A DNA stretch of 24,000 bases from Acetobacteraceae bacterium (GTDB taxonomy: Bacteria; Pseudomonadota; Alphaproteobacteria; Acetobacterales; Acetobacteraceae): positions 414,613-438,612 of the forward strand of contig CBDAPZ010000002.1 of the NCBI GenBank assembly GCA_965198855.1, given 5' to 3'. Made by a program: the position numbers and the translations under genes. Below are positions 1 through 9,077 of the stretch, one piece after another. The notes under the pieces were generated by a model. That model was given only the letters and a program-made list of their open reading frames with translations. It was not told the origin of the DNA and searched no databases. How positions within the stretch are numbered: position 1 is the stretch's first letter; every line of letters begins with the position of its first letter.

Positions 1-1
1 G

Positions 2-310
2 AAAAAAGCGCTGCTGGAGAAATTCAAGGCCAAGCCGCCGCCGGATGATCCGGATGTGCTGGCGCGCGCCGCCGAGCGCAAAGCCATTGCCGAAGCGCGC
101 GACCTGCGCGCGGCAGAGCGGCGCGTCGCTAAAGAGGCTGACGACATCCGCAAGGCTGCAGAGCGCGCTGCCGCGGACCTCGAGGCACAGGCACGTGCCG
201 CGGAAGAGGCCGCCCGCGCGGCCGACAAGCTCGTCCGCGACGAGCAGTTGAAAGCCGAACGCAAGGCGGCACGCGACGCACGCTATGCGGCACGCAAGGC
301 GCGGCGCTAA
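2..310 (+). CDS. 3' end of a hypothetical protein with an Ala/Arg/Glu/Lys-rich, coiled-coil-like C-terminus; the 5' end lies outside the window
   Basis: Frame 2 is open from the window edge (KKALLEKFKAKPPPDDPDVLARAAERK...) to TAA at 308-310. Codon usage matches the neighbouring genes. No catalytic motif recognised. Confidence 0.45.
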   Translation, partial: KKALLEKFKAKPPPDDPDVLARAAERKAIAEARDLRAAERRVAKEADDIRKAAERAAADLEAQARAAEEAARAADKLVRDEQLKAERKAARDARYAARKARR

Positions 311-340
311 GAAGGCGTTCTGACCGGCTGAAAGAATCCC

Positions 341-724
341 ATGCGTAAAATCCTGACAGCCTTCCTTGTGCTCAGCCTTCCCTCCTGCGCCATGATGGGC
401 CCGCACCCTTCCAGCCCCGGTTACCTGGTGTTCTTCACCGAACATTCAGCCGCCATCGACCCGCCGGCGGCTGCCGTGATCGCGCAGGCTGCAGCCGCAG
501 CCAAGGCGACCCCGGGCCAGTCCGTTCTGGTGCGCGGCTACACCGACAGCGCAGGCAATCCCTCTGCCGACGTAACACTCTCGCAGAGCCGCGCTCAGCA
601 CGTCGCCGACGCCCTGGTCGCCGACGGCGTCGACCCGCAACGTATCACCCGCCAAGGCCGCGGCCAGACCGGCGAAGATCCAGGCGTCGCCAGCCGCCGC
701 GTAGAAATCGACATCGGCAGCTAA
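341..724 (+). CDS. OmpA-family (OmpA/MotB C-terminal domain) peptidoglycan-binding lipoprotein
   Basis: N-terminal signal with a lipobox-like LSLPSC. The C-terminal part (VRGYTDSAGNPSADVTLSQSRAQHVADALVADGVDPQRI...SRRVEI) matches the OmpA-like domain pattern. Confidence 0.8.
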   Translation: MRKILTAFLVLSLPSCAMMGPHPSSPGYLVFFTEHSAAIDPPAAAVIAQAAAAAKATPGQSVLVRGYTDSAGNPSADVTLSQSRAQHVADALVADGVDPQRITRQGRGQTGEDPGVASRRVEIDIGS

Positions 725-737
725 AGAAACGCCGGGG

Positions 738-778
738 GACTGGGGGAGGGGCTTCCCTCCCCCAGTCTTTCTTGTTTT
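738..778 (+). terminator. Rho-independent terminator after the OmpA-like gene
   Basis: Perfect 13-bp GC-rich stem, gactgggggaggg (738-750) / ccctcccccagtc (755-767), with loop gctt, followed by a T-rich run tttcttgtttt. Confidence 0.7.
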
Positions 779-788
779 GTAGGGACGA

Positions 789-1922
789 ATGCCCCTCCTG
801 ATCACCAGCCTCGACCGCTACGTCCTGCGTCAGCTTTTGACGGCGCTGGTCGCCGTCACCACGGCGCTGGTCGCCCTGATATGGCTCACCCAGTCGCTGC
901 GTTTCGTCGAACTCGTGGTCAATCGCGGCCTGTCGATGCGGGTGTTCCTGCACCTCACCAGCCTGCTCATCCCCGGCTTCGTCGCCGTGATCCTGCCGAT
1001 CACCACCTTCGTCGTGGTCCAATTCGTCTATCAGCGGCTGGCCGGAGACCGCGAGCTGACGGTGATGCGCAGTGCCGGTCTGTCGCAATGGGCGCTCGCC
1101 AGGCCCGGACTGATGCTCGCGGTCATCGCCATGGTGGCGAGCTTCGTGCTCAACATCTGGATCGTGCCCTACACCTCCCAGGCGTTCCGCGAATACCAGT
1201 TCGAGCTGCGCAACAAGGTGGCCGCCTTCCTGCTTCAGGAGGGCGTGTTCACAGCCATTTCCGACCAACTCACCGTCTATGTCCGCACCCGCGACACCGA
1301 CGGCACGCTGCACGGCATCATGGTCGAGGATGACCGGCAGACCAACACGCAAGCCACCATCCTGGCCGAAAGCGGCCGCCTGCTCTCGACCGGCGACACG
1401 CCGCGCGTGCTGCTGGAAAACGGCTCGCGCGAGGAGATCGACAGCAAGACCGGGCGGCTGGATGTGCTGACCTTCGCGGAGGACACGGTGGACCTTGCCA
1501 GCGGCAAGGGCGAGGACGCACAGCGCATCCGCGAGGACAGCGAGATGTCCATGCAGGAATTACTGCATCCGAACCCGGCGGTCGTGCCGGAGCGTGACTT
1601 CGGCAAATTGCTGGTGGAGGCAAATCGCCGTATCACCCAGCCGCTGACAACGGTGGGGTTTGCCATGGTGGCGCTGTTCTTCGTGCTCACCGGCAGCTTC
1701 CGCCGCGCGGGTAATTTCCTGCGGCCGCTGGTCTCCGTGCTGACGATGGTGGGGCTGCTCGCCCTTGGTCTCACCGCCCAATCGCTGGCGACCCGCCACA
1801 CGGTGCTTGTGCCGATGATCTGGGCACAGGCGATCTTGCCGGGCCTCGTTGCCGCCTGGCTGCTGTTCGCGCCCGGTTTGCGCCTGATACCGCGCCTGCG
1901 CCCAGCAGCGCGGACCGCCTGA
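789..1922 (+). CDS. lptF: LPS export ABC transporter permease LptF (YjgP/YjgQ family)
   Basis: 377 aa. N-terminus LDRYVLRQLL..., multi-TM ends with a central periplasmic domain, typical of YjgP/YjgQ. Immediately followed by the paralog lptG and by lptD. Confidence 0.85.
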   Translation: MPLLITSLDRYVLRQLLTALVAVTTALVALIWLTQSLRFVELVVNRGLSMRVFLHLTSLLIPGFVAVILPITTFVVVQFVYQRLAGDRELTVMRSAGLSQWALARPGLMLAVIAMVASFVLNIWIVPYTSQAFREYQFELRNKVAAFLLQEGVFTAISDQLTVYVRTRDTDGTLHGIMVEDDRQTNTQATILAESGRLLSTGDTPRVLLENGSREEIDSKTGRLDVLTFAEDTVDLASGKGEDAQRIREDSEMSMQELLHPNPAVVPERDFGKLLVEANRRITQPLTTVGFAMVALFFVLTGSFRRAGNFLRPLVSVLTMVGLLALGLTAQSLATRHTVLVPMIWAQAILPGLVAAWLLFAPGLRLIPRLRPAARTA

Positions 1923-1928
1923 GGCACG

Positions 1929-3041
1929 ATGCGGTTCGCGGCCACCCTCTCCCTCTATATCGCCCGCCAGTTCATCTCGGCCGCCTTGGCCATGCTGTGC
2001 GCGTTATCGCTGCTCGTGCTGCTGTTCGATTTCATCGAGTTGCTGCGGCGTGCGGCCGAGCGCACCGATGTCGGCCTCTGGCTGATCGTCGGCATCGCCT
2101 TCCTTCGGCTGCCCTACTACATGCTGCAGATCCTGCCCTTCGCGGTGCTGATCGGCGGCATCATCGCCTTCTGGCGCCTGACACGCTCCTCCGAGCTGAT
2201 CGTGGCGCGTGCGGCCGGCGTGTCGGCCTGGCATTTCCTCAGCCTGCCGGTAGCAGGCGCAGTCGGACTCGGGCTGCTGGCGAGCGGCGGTATCTCGCCG
2301 CTCTCCTCGGTGATGTATGCGCGGGCCGAAGCGCTGGACAATATCTATCTGCGCCATACCGGCGGCCCACTGGCGATCGCCAATGGCCAGCTCTGGCTGC
2401 GGCAGGCCGATCACGGGCTCGATCCGCAGGGGGTTGCCATCATCCATGCGCGCCAGGTGGCACTCGAAGGCAAGGTGGTGGCGGCCGGCGATATCAGCGT
2501 GTTCCGCCTGGACGCGGCGGACAAGCTGCTGCTGCGCGTGGAGGCACAACACGCGACGCTGACGAAGGGTTTTTGGGACCTGACCGGCACGCGCACGATC
2601 GAACCCGACCGCATGCCGGTGCAAGTCGGCGCCATGCGCCTGCCAACGGATCTCACCGCGCGCCGCGTGCAGGAGAGTTTCCAATCGCCTGAGACGCTCT
2701 CGGTCTGGGCGCTGCCGAGCTTCATACGGCTGCTGGAGAGTGCCGGGTTCTCCTCCGTACGCCACAGACTGCATTTCCAGTCGCTGCTGGCTTTGCCGTT
2801 ACTCTGCGGTACGATGGCGCTGGTTGCCGCCGGCTTCTCGATGCGCCAGACACGGCGCGGTGGTGTGGCCCGCATGATCGGGTCCGGGGTTGCCGCGGGG
2901 TTCGCATTGTTTACCGTGTCCAAGATCGCCGAGGAATTCGGCCAAAGCGGTGCCGTCCCGGCTGTGCTGGCAGCCTGGGCGCCGGCAATGGCCGGGCTGA
3001 TGATGGCGGTTGCGCTGCTGCTGCATCTGGAGGATGGCTGA
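1929..3041 (+). CDS. lptG: LPS export ABC transporter permease LptG
   Basis: 370 aa. N-terminus LSLYIARQFISAALAML..., second YjgP/YjgQ paralog. Its stop overlaps the lptD start (TGATG at 3039-3043). Confidence 0.85.
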   Translation: MRFAATLSLYIARQFISAALAMLCALSLLVLLFDFIELLRRAAERTDVGLWLIVGIAFLRLPYYMLQILPFAVLIGGIIAFWRLTRSSELIVARAAGVSAWHFLSLPVAGAVGLGLLASGGISPLSSVMYARAEALDNIYLRHTGGPLAIANGQLWLRQADHGLDPQGVAIIHARQVALEGKVVAAGDISVFRLDAADKLLLRVEAQHATLTKGFWDLTGTRTIEPDRMPVQVGAMRLPTDLTARRVQESFQSPETLSVWALPSFIRLLESAGFSSVRHRLHFQSLLALPLLCGTMALVAAGFSMRQTRRGGVARMIGSGVAAGFALFTVSKIAEEFGQSGAVPAVLAAWAPAMAGLMMAVALLLHLEDG

Positions 3042-5320
3042 TGAACGCGGTTGTCAGGGGCAGCCTGCGCTGGTCGCTGCTGGCCGGGCTGTTGCCGGTT
3101 GCGGCATTGGCACAAGCCTACCGTCCGCCCATACAGCATTTTCCCGGCAGCACGACCCATGCCGCCCAGGAGCCGCTGACCGGCAACCAGCCGGTGACCT
3201 TCCAATCCGACACCGTGACCTACGACAAGGAGCATGGGCTGGTCACCGCGACCGGCCATGTCGAAGCTTGGCAGAACGACCACGTGCTGCGCGCAGACCG
3301 TGTGACGTTCGACCGCAACACCAATGTCGTCGCAGGGCACGGCCATGTGGTGATCGTCGAGCCGGACGGGCAGGTGCTGTTCGCCGACTATGCCGAGCTC
3401 ACCGGCGGCATGAAGAACGGCGTGATGACCGCGATGCGTGGCCTGATGGCCGAGAATGCGCGCATCGCCGCCAACGGAGCGCGCCGCATCGAGGGCAAGC
3501 TCAACGTGATGAGCCGCGGCGTCTACACCACCTGCGATCCCTGCAAGGCGCACCCCGAACACGCACCTCTGTGGCAGATACGCGCCTTCCAGATGACGCA
3601 GGATTTGGAGAACAAGCGGCTCGAATACCGGGATTCGTACCTGGACGTGTTTGGCGTTCCGGTGCTGTACCTGCCCTATTTCTCGATGAGCGACCCCTCC
3701 GTGCATCGGCAGAGCGGGTTTCTCATCCCCTCGCTCGGACTGACCGACGAATATCTCGGCAGCTTCATCAAGATCCCCTATTTCTGGGTGATCGACGGGC
3801 AGCAGGACCTTACCATCACGCCGGAGTTTGCCACCAAGGAGGGACCGCAGCTGGAGCTCACCTATCGCCGCGCCTTCGATAACGGCCAGGTGAGCATGGA
3901 CGGCGCTATCGCCTCTGACGAGAGCGGGCTTGCCGGCTATTTCTTCGGCAAGGGAATATTCAACTACAACGACACCTGGCGCTACGGCTTCGACGTCAAT
4001 CTCGGTAGCTCGGTGAACTACCTGCGGGACTTTCAGGTGCCAGGTTACGGCGCCTCCATCCTCTCGAGCGATCTGTTCATTGAAGGATTCGGTGTCGGTT
4101 CCTACGCGAAGCTGTCGGCGAACACCTATCAGGGGCTGAACAGCAGCATCGACCAGAGCCTGCTGCCCTATGTGCTGCCGCGTTATGAATACAGCTATTT
4201 CGGCGAGCCCGATGCGCTTGGCGGCCGGGTGAGCTTCGATACGCTGGCCTATGATATCATCCGCGATGTCGGCACCAACGATCAGCAGCTTGGCGGCCGC
4301 CTGCAATGGGACCGGCCGTTCAACGGCCCGCTTGGCCAGCGCTGGAATTTCACCGCCTGGGCGTCGGGCGTCACCTACAATGCGAATGTGCTGAGCGGCC
4401 AGCCCAACTATGCGGATAATGATGTGGCACGCGGCGTCAGCGGCCAGGTGCAGCTCGCGCTGAAGATGAACTGGCCGTTCATCCGCGACGCCGGAAAGCT
4501 CGGCACACAGATCATCGAGCCGATCGTGCAGCTGATCGCGGCACCGCAGAGCGGCAACAGCCTGCGCAACAACATCCCGAACGAAGACAGCCTGGACTAC
4601 GAATTCACCGACACCACGCTGTTCTCGATGAACCGCTTCAACGGCTATGATCGTTACGATGGCGGCGTGCGGGTGAATTTCGGCATGCGCGGCGAATGGG
4701 ATTTCACCGGCGGCGAGAAACTCGAAGGCCTCATCGGCGCCTCGTGGCAGGAGCACAACGACCTCAACCAGATGCCGCAGTTCCAGCCGATGAACGGTTT
4801 CGACCGCAACGCGCATCTATCCGACATCGTCGGCCGTGGCAGCTTCACGCCGGATAGCTGGTTCGACATCACCGCGCGTGCACGCGTGGATCATCGCGAT
4901 GGCAACATCCATTTCGCCGACATCATCGCCTCGGTCGGCCACCCGATCTTCACCGTGGGCGCCGGGTTCATCTACAGCCAAGATGATCCCTATTACCTCT
5001 ATCTGATGAACTTCAATCTGCCGTCCAGCTTCAACAAGACCAATCCGCTTTACGTGGATTACATCACGCCGCGCGAGGAAGTCTCTCTCAACGCTTCAAG
5101 CCATTTCGGAAAATGGACGGTCAGGGGCAATGCGCGCCGCGATCTCAAATCCGGTGAGATGGTGACGGCCGGCGGTGACATCGCTTGGGAGAACGAGTGC
5201 GTGATCGCCGACGTCTCCGCCTTCCGCCGCTTTACCTCGATCAACTTCGACGACGGCGACACCACGATCCTCTTCACCATCGTGCTCAAAACCATCGGTG
5301 CGATCGGCGTGAACAGCTAG
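3041..5320 (+). CDS. lptD: LPS-assembly outer-membrane protein LptD (OstA/Imp)
   Basis: 759 aa. Signal peptide, OstA-like N-domain (VTYDKEHGLVTATGHVEAWQNDHVLRADRVTFDRNTN), and a large C-terminal beta-barrel region. Synteny lptFG-lptD-surA. Confidence 0.9.
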   Translation: MNAVVRGSLRWSLLAGLLPVAALAQAYRPPIQHFPGSTTHAAQEPLTGNQPVTFQSDTVTYDKEHGLVTATGHVEAWQNDHVLRADRVTFDRNTNVVAGHGHVVIVEPDGQVLFADYAELTGGMKNGVMTAMRGLMAENARIAANGARRIEGKLNVMSRGVYTTCDPCKAHPEHAPLWQIRAFQMTQDLENKRLEYRDSYLDVFGVPVLYLPYFSMSDPSVHRQSGFLIPSLGLTDEYLGSFIKIPYFWVIDGQQDLTITPEFATKEGPQLELTYRRAFDNGQVSMDGAIASDESGLAGYFFGKGIFNYNDTWRYGFDVNLGSSVNYLRDFQVPGYGASILSSDLFIEGFGVGSYAKLSANTYQGLNSSIDQSLLPYVLPRYEYSYFGEPDALGGRVSFDTLAYDIIRDVGTNDQQLGGRLQWDRPFNGPLGQRWNFTAWASGVTYNANVLSGQPNYADNDVARGVSGQVQLALKMNWPFIRDAGKLGTQIIEPIVQLIAAPQSGNSLRNNIPNEDSLDYEFTDTTLFSMNRFNGYDRYDGGVRVNFGMRGEWDFTGGEKLEGLIGASWQEHNDLNQMPQFQPMNGFDRNAHLSDIVGRGSFTPDSWFDITARARVDHRDGNIHFADIIASVGHPIFTVGAGFIYSQDDPYYLYLMNFNLPSSFNKTNPLYVDYITPREEVSLNASSHFGKWTVRGNARRDLKSGEMVTAGGDIAWENECVIADVSAFRRFTSINFDDGDTTILFTIVLKTIGAIGVNS

Positions 5321-5386
5321 GGTTTGGGGCGTCGGCACCGTTCCCCCAATCTTCCTTCCTTTGCTTTTTTGATGTATCAGCCCCGC

Positions 5387-6673
5387 ATGCGCCAGATTTT
5401 TGCTGCCCTTCTCCTCGCCAGCGTCCTGGCGCTCCCCGCGGTCGGCCTGCACGCCCAGGCCCAGCTCGATTCGCCGGACGGCATCGCCGCGGTCGTCAAT
5501 GGCGACGTGATCACCCGTGCGGACGTGGATAACCGCGCCCGCCTGTTTGCGCTCACGACCGGCCAGCCCATTGCGCCGGACGTGCTCAAGCTGCTGCGCC
5601 CGCAGATCCTGCGCCAGCTGGTCGATGACCGTCTGAAGATGCAGGAGATCCAGCGCCGCAAGATCGCCGTTCCGGACATCGATGTCGCGCGCGCCATCGC
5701 CGATATCGAGCATCGCAACCACCTCCCCGAGGGCGGCCTGCAGCAGAAGCTCACCGGCCAGGGTGTGACGCCATCCACCCTGATCGCCCAGATCCGCACC
5801 CAGCTCGGCTGGACCCGCGTGCTGCGCCAGGAACTGCAGGAGCGCGGCCGCATCTCGCCTAACGAGATCGCCGAGCAGGAAAAGATTTTCAAGAACCAGA
5901 CCGGCCAGCCGCAATATCGCGTCGGTGAGATCTTCGTCGCCGCCGAGGATCCCTCGCATCTGGCGAGTGCCAAGAAATTCGCCGATACCGTGATCCAGCA
6001 GCTGCATGCCGGCGCCCCATTCGGCATCGTCGCCGCCGAATTCTCGCAGAGCCAGACGGCGCTCGAAGGCGGCTCGCTGGGCTGGGTGCGCGCCGACCAG
6101 CTGGATCCGAAAGTTGCCGAGTTGGTGGCACAGATGCCAGTCGGTGCGGTGAGCAACCCGGTCAAGGTCGCCGGCGGCTTCGACGTGGTAACGCTGCAGG
6201 AGAAGCGCACTGTGGGCTCGGACTTGGCCACGGTGCTCGCATTGCGACAGGCTTTCTATCCGTTCCCCACGGCGCTCGATCCCGCCAACCCGACTCCTGC
6301 GCAACGTGCGGCGCTGACCTCGGGCCAGGCGCTGAGCAAGAGCGCGCATAGCTGTGCGGATATCGAAGCCGCCAACAAGGCCTCCGGCAACCAGCGGCCG
6401 AGCGATCCGGGTGCCGTGCGGCTGGACCACCTGACCGGACCGATGCAGGCATTGCTGGGCGGGCTGGAGCCAGGCCAGGCAAGCAAGGCGATCGTGACCC
6501 AGGAAGGCATCATGGTGGTGATGGTCTGCTCGAAGGAGCAGAAGAACCTTGCGGTGATGACGCGTGACGATATCGCGAACCAGCTACTCGAGGAGCGGGT
6601 CGAGTTAGCGTCACGCCAGTTGGAGCAGGATCTGAAGCGGCGTGCTTTGATCGATATGCGGTCGTCTACATAG
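5387..6673 (+). CDS. surA: Periplasmic chaperone / peptidyl-prolyl isomerase SurA family
   Basis: Signal peptide MRQIFAALLLASVLALPAVGLHAQA, then a SurA N-domain-like region (IAAVVNGDVITRADVDNR) and a parvulin-like segment. Located downstream of lptD. The start is ambiguous (TTG 5324, ATG 5372 or ATG 5387). Confidence 0.8.
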   Translation: MRQIFAALLLASVLALPAVGLHAQAQLDSPDGIAAVVNGDVITRADVDNRARLFALTTGQPIAPDVLKLLRPQILRQLVDDRLKMQEIQRRKIAVPDIDVARAIADIEHRNHLPEGGLQQKLTGQGVTPSTLIAQIRTQLGWTRVLRQELQERGRISPNEIAEQEKIFKNQTGQPQYRVGEIFVAAEDPSHLASAKKFADTVIQQLHAGAPFGIVAAEFSQSQTALEGGSLGWVRADQLDPKVAELVAQMPVGAVSNPVKVAGGFDVVTLQEKRTVGSDLATVLALRQAFYPFPTALDPANPTPAQRAALTSGQALSKSAHSCADIEAANKASGNQRPSDPGAVRLDHLTGPMQALLGGLEPGQASKAIVTQEGIMVVMVCSKEQKNLAVMTRDDIANQLLEERVELASRQLEQDLKRRALIDMRSST

Positions 6674-6788
6674 TCTGCTGCAAATAGAGACAGGAAGCTT
6701 TCCCGCAGATTTCGCAGATATATACAGATGATTGAATATACCTGCGACCGTGTTTCGGTCGGTAAGCTTCAATCTGGATGTTTGAAGG

Positions 6789-6863
6789 CTGTCGCAGATT
6801 TAACCGGCAGCGGTGCTTAGGACCAAAAGTTTTTTGGTTCTTTTTTTCAAAAAAGAACTGCTT
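6789..6863 (-). repeat. AT-rich nested-palindrome element, copy A (core plus type-2 arm)
   Basis: aaaagttttttggttctttttttcaaaaaagaactgctt matches copy F2 (23337-23377) with 1 mismatch in 41 nt. The upstream ccggcagcg and ctgtcgc words are shared with the core of copies C and F. Confidence 0.8.
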
Positions 6864-7051
6864 GCTTCGATCATTGTTTCTCCGCTAGCGCCGCTAGTTC
6901 CAAGCGGCAAGCTTGTTCGAGTTGCCGATTGACTATCCACGAGCGTCCAGATGATTGGTGCGGCTATGGTGTGATAGCCCTGGCGCAGCACATTTCCGAT
7001 TGCCGACACCCAGGGCCAAGGTATGGCGCGTAGGAAGAGCGCGTCAAAAGC
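6800..7051 (-). pseudogene. Truncated, catalytically degenerate HepT (DUF86/HEPN) toxin remnant downstream of MNT
   Basis: The frame after the MNT stop reads AFDALFLRAIPWPWVSAIGNVLRQGYHTIAAPIIWTLV. This aligns to the DUF86 pattern IPWrdIaGmRNrLvHeYfgvDldivWdtv with R->G and H->Q at the Rx4H motif. About 80 N-terminal residues are absent. The 3' end (SSSFLKKRTKKLL) is encoded by repeat copy A. Confidence 0.45.
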
Positions 7052-7345
7052 TCAGAATACGCGCAGTGCCGCGGCTTCGATGGTCGGGCGTAATAGCCGA
7101 TGCAGCGAATCCCGCGTGGTGATGTCGGCGTGGCGACCTAGTATGTCGGTCACGCGCTCCTGCACATCAACGAGGTGCATCAGGCCGAACGTGCCACGCT
7201 CGTAGTCTAACAATAAATCGGCGTCGGAGTTCTCCCTTGCCGTGCCGGCAAGTGTCGATCCAAAAAGATAGAGCTGCTGGATGCCGAGCTGCTTCAGCTC
7301 TGCTTCATCTGCCTTCAACTTCGCAACTGCGGCCGCGCGATCCAT
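7052..7345 (-). CDS. Minimal nucleotidyltransferase (MNT/MntA-type antitoxin-like) protein
   Basis: 97 aa with the motif LYLFGSTLAGTARENSDADLLLDY (GS-x10-DxD) typical of MNT-family nucleotidyltransferases. Confidence 0.8.
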   Translation of the reverse strand: MDRAAAVAKLKADEAELKQLGIQQLYLFGSTLAGTARENSDADLLLDYERGTFGLMHLVDVQERVTDILGRHADITTRDSLHRLLRPTIEAAALRVF

Positions 7346-7374
7346 GGCTGCTTGTATACCCCGACCGACGCACG

Positions 7375-7866
7375 CTATGCCACTTCGATCTCGGTCAGCC
7401 CCTCGCTGAGCACCGCGACCAGATCATCACGTGCCAACGCGATACACCCTTCGGTCGGTGTGAAATCCGGACCGGCAATGTGCAGGAAAATGGCCGAGCC
7501 ACGGCCACGCGCGACCGGCGTGTCGTTCCACCCCAGAACACCGACCAGGTCGTACACCGCGTCACGCCGCCAGAGCTCTTCGTAATGCGCTTCGTGCGGC
7601 AAGCGCACCATCCTGTTATAGTCGCGATGGGCAGGATCGTCGCACCAGCCATCCTCCGGCGCGATCGGCTCGACCGGCACCTCGCAGCGGGGGCGCGCGA
7701 TGCGGTCGGCACGATACAACACGCGCCTTAGCGGCAGCACGCCGATCGGTGTGCCGCCATCGCCTTCCTCCTTGTGCAGAACCAGGCCGCGGCGGCCTAA
7801 AGCGGCGCGGCATAGTCTACGGCCCAGTATCAGCCGGCCATCGGCGAAAACGCGTGCCCTGCTCAT
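7375..7866 (-). CDS. L,D-transpeptidase (YkuD) family protein
   Basis: 163 aa. The C-terminal SAIFLHIAGPDFTPTEGCIAL matches the H...G-C catalytic signature of YkuD domains. The start overlaps the ribA stop (ATGA at 7863-7866). Confidence 0.75.
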   Translation of the reverse strand: MSRARVFADGRLILGRRLCRAALGRRGLVLHKEEGDGGTPIGVLPLRRVLYRADRIARPRCEVPVEPIAPEDGWCDDPAHRDYNRMVRLPHEAHYEELWRRDAVYDLVGVLGWNDTPVARGRGSAIFLHIAGPDFTPTEGCIALARDDLVAVLSEGLTEIEVA

Positions 7867-9077
7867 CCGAGCAGGTGGCCGAACCTGCGCGCTTTCGTTT
7901 CTAGATACAGGTCGTTTTCGCCATTGGCCGCGATCGCGTGGCTCACACGGCCCACGATCTCGATGCCATGCGCCGACAGACCGGCGATCTTTTCCGGGTT
8001 GTTGGTCAGCAGCCGCACGCGGCGCATGCCAAGTTGCTTCAGCATGCTCGCGGCAGCGACAAAACTGCGCTCATCCGCCCCAAAGCCCAATGCGCTATTG
8101 GCGTCCAGCGTATCGAGTCCCGCATCCTGCAGGGTATAGGCGCGCAGTTTGTTCACCAGACCGATGCCGCGCCCCTCCTGCGCCATGTAGAGCAGAACCC
8201 CTGCCCCTTCGGCCGACATGCGGCGTATCGCCTGGTGAAGTTGCGGCCCGCAATCGCATCGGCGGCTGCCGAGCAGGTCGCCGGTGAAACACTCCGAATG
8301 CACGCGGGTCAGCGGTGCCTCTGCCGTTTCGGGCCGCCCGATCAGGATGGCCAGATGCTCTATACCGCCATCGGGCGGGCGGAAGGCCACAATGCGCGCG
8401 TTCTCCGCGTCATCCAACGGCACCCGTGCTTCTGCCGCCTGCACCAGGAACAGCCCTGCATCGGCGGGATGGCGCAACACCGCTTGGGCATTGACACGCA
8501 AGAGCGCGCCGCCAGTCTCCGGCAGAATGCCGGTGCGCACCAGCATGGCCGGCAACAGACGGGCGAGTTTGGCCAGTTGCAGCGCCGCTTCGGCCAGAAC
8601 CGGCGGCACTGTGCAACCGATGACCGGCCTGAGCTGGTTCTTCGGCGCCTGCAGCACGGTGGGGTCGGCTAACCCGCGCAAGCTCGCGACGCTCAGTTGG
8701 CCTGCGTCGAGCGGCAATGCCGCGATGTCGGCGGTGCCCGCGAGCGGCGTTGCCCCAATCCGGCCCGCCACCACGCGCGACAGCGCCAGCAGCAGCATCG
8801 GCGGGGTGGCCGCCGCATCGCCCGCAGCGGCGACGGCCAGGCATTCCGCCAGCGTATCCGTATTGGGGGTTTCCGCCGGCAATGCCACGATCGCCTCGCC
8901 ACCAGCCTCGATCACCACAGCCACGCCGCGACGGATTTCGGCCACCGCGCGGTGCACCGCGCGAGCATCATGCGCCATGTCCATGGACGCCTGTGGCAGC
9001 GCGGAAGAGCGAAAAGGCGTGTGGTTCATGGAAAGCTGGCAGTCCTGAGCGATGGAGGCACTGCTTAGGTCGGCCAT
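7863..9077 (-). CDS. ribA: GTP cyclohydrolase II (RibA) with a ~200-aa N-terminal extension
   Basis: The C-terminal half (RVHSECFTGDLLGSRRCDCGPQL...EGRGIGLVNKLRAYTLQD...RVRLLTNNPEKI) is a classic GCH-II. The N-terminal half (AEIRRGVAVVIEAGGEAIVALPAE) only loosely resembles RibB. The start codon is uncertain. Confidence 0.85.
   Translation of the reverse strand: MADLSSASIAQDCQLSMNHTPFRSSALPQASMDMAHDARAVHRAVAEIRRGVAVVIEAGGEAIVALPAETPNTDTLAECLAVAAAGDAAATPPMLLLALSRVVAGRIGATPLAGTADIAALPLDAGQLSVASLRGLADPTVLQAPKNQLRPVIGCTVPPVLAEAALQLAKLARLLPAMLVRTGILPETGGALLRVNAQAVLRHPADAGLFLVQAAEARVPLDDAENARIVAFRPPDGGIEHLAILIGRPETAEAPLTRVHSECFTGDLLGSRRCDCGPQLHQAIRRMSAEGAGVLLYMAQEGRGIGLVNKLRAYTLQDAGLDTLDANSALGFGADERSFVAAASMLKQLGMRRVRLLTNNPEKIAGLSAHGIEIVGRVSHAIAANGENDLYLETKARRFGHLLG

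Noticed and set aside
2411-4816. Very long antisense ORFs opposite well-supported genes. Examples: 801 aa at 2411-4816 (-), 444 aa at 5096-6430 (-), 566 aa at 15176-16876 (-), 565 aa at 21014-22711 (-), 464 aa at 13518-14912 (+), 357 aa at 18389-19462 (+), 281 aa at 11615-12460 (+).
   Set aside because: These are typical high-GC shadow ORFs. Their translations are Arg/Ala/Gly/His-rich low-complexity sequence with no motifs, while the opposite strand encodes clearly recognisable proteins (LptD, SurA, AmtB, S9 peptidase, phosphoesterase, porin, YmdB).
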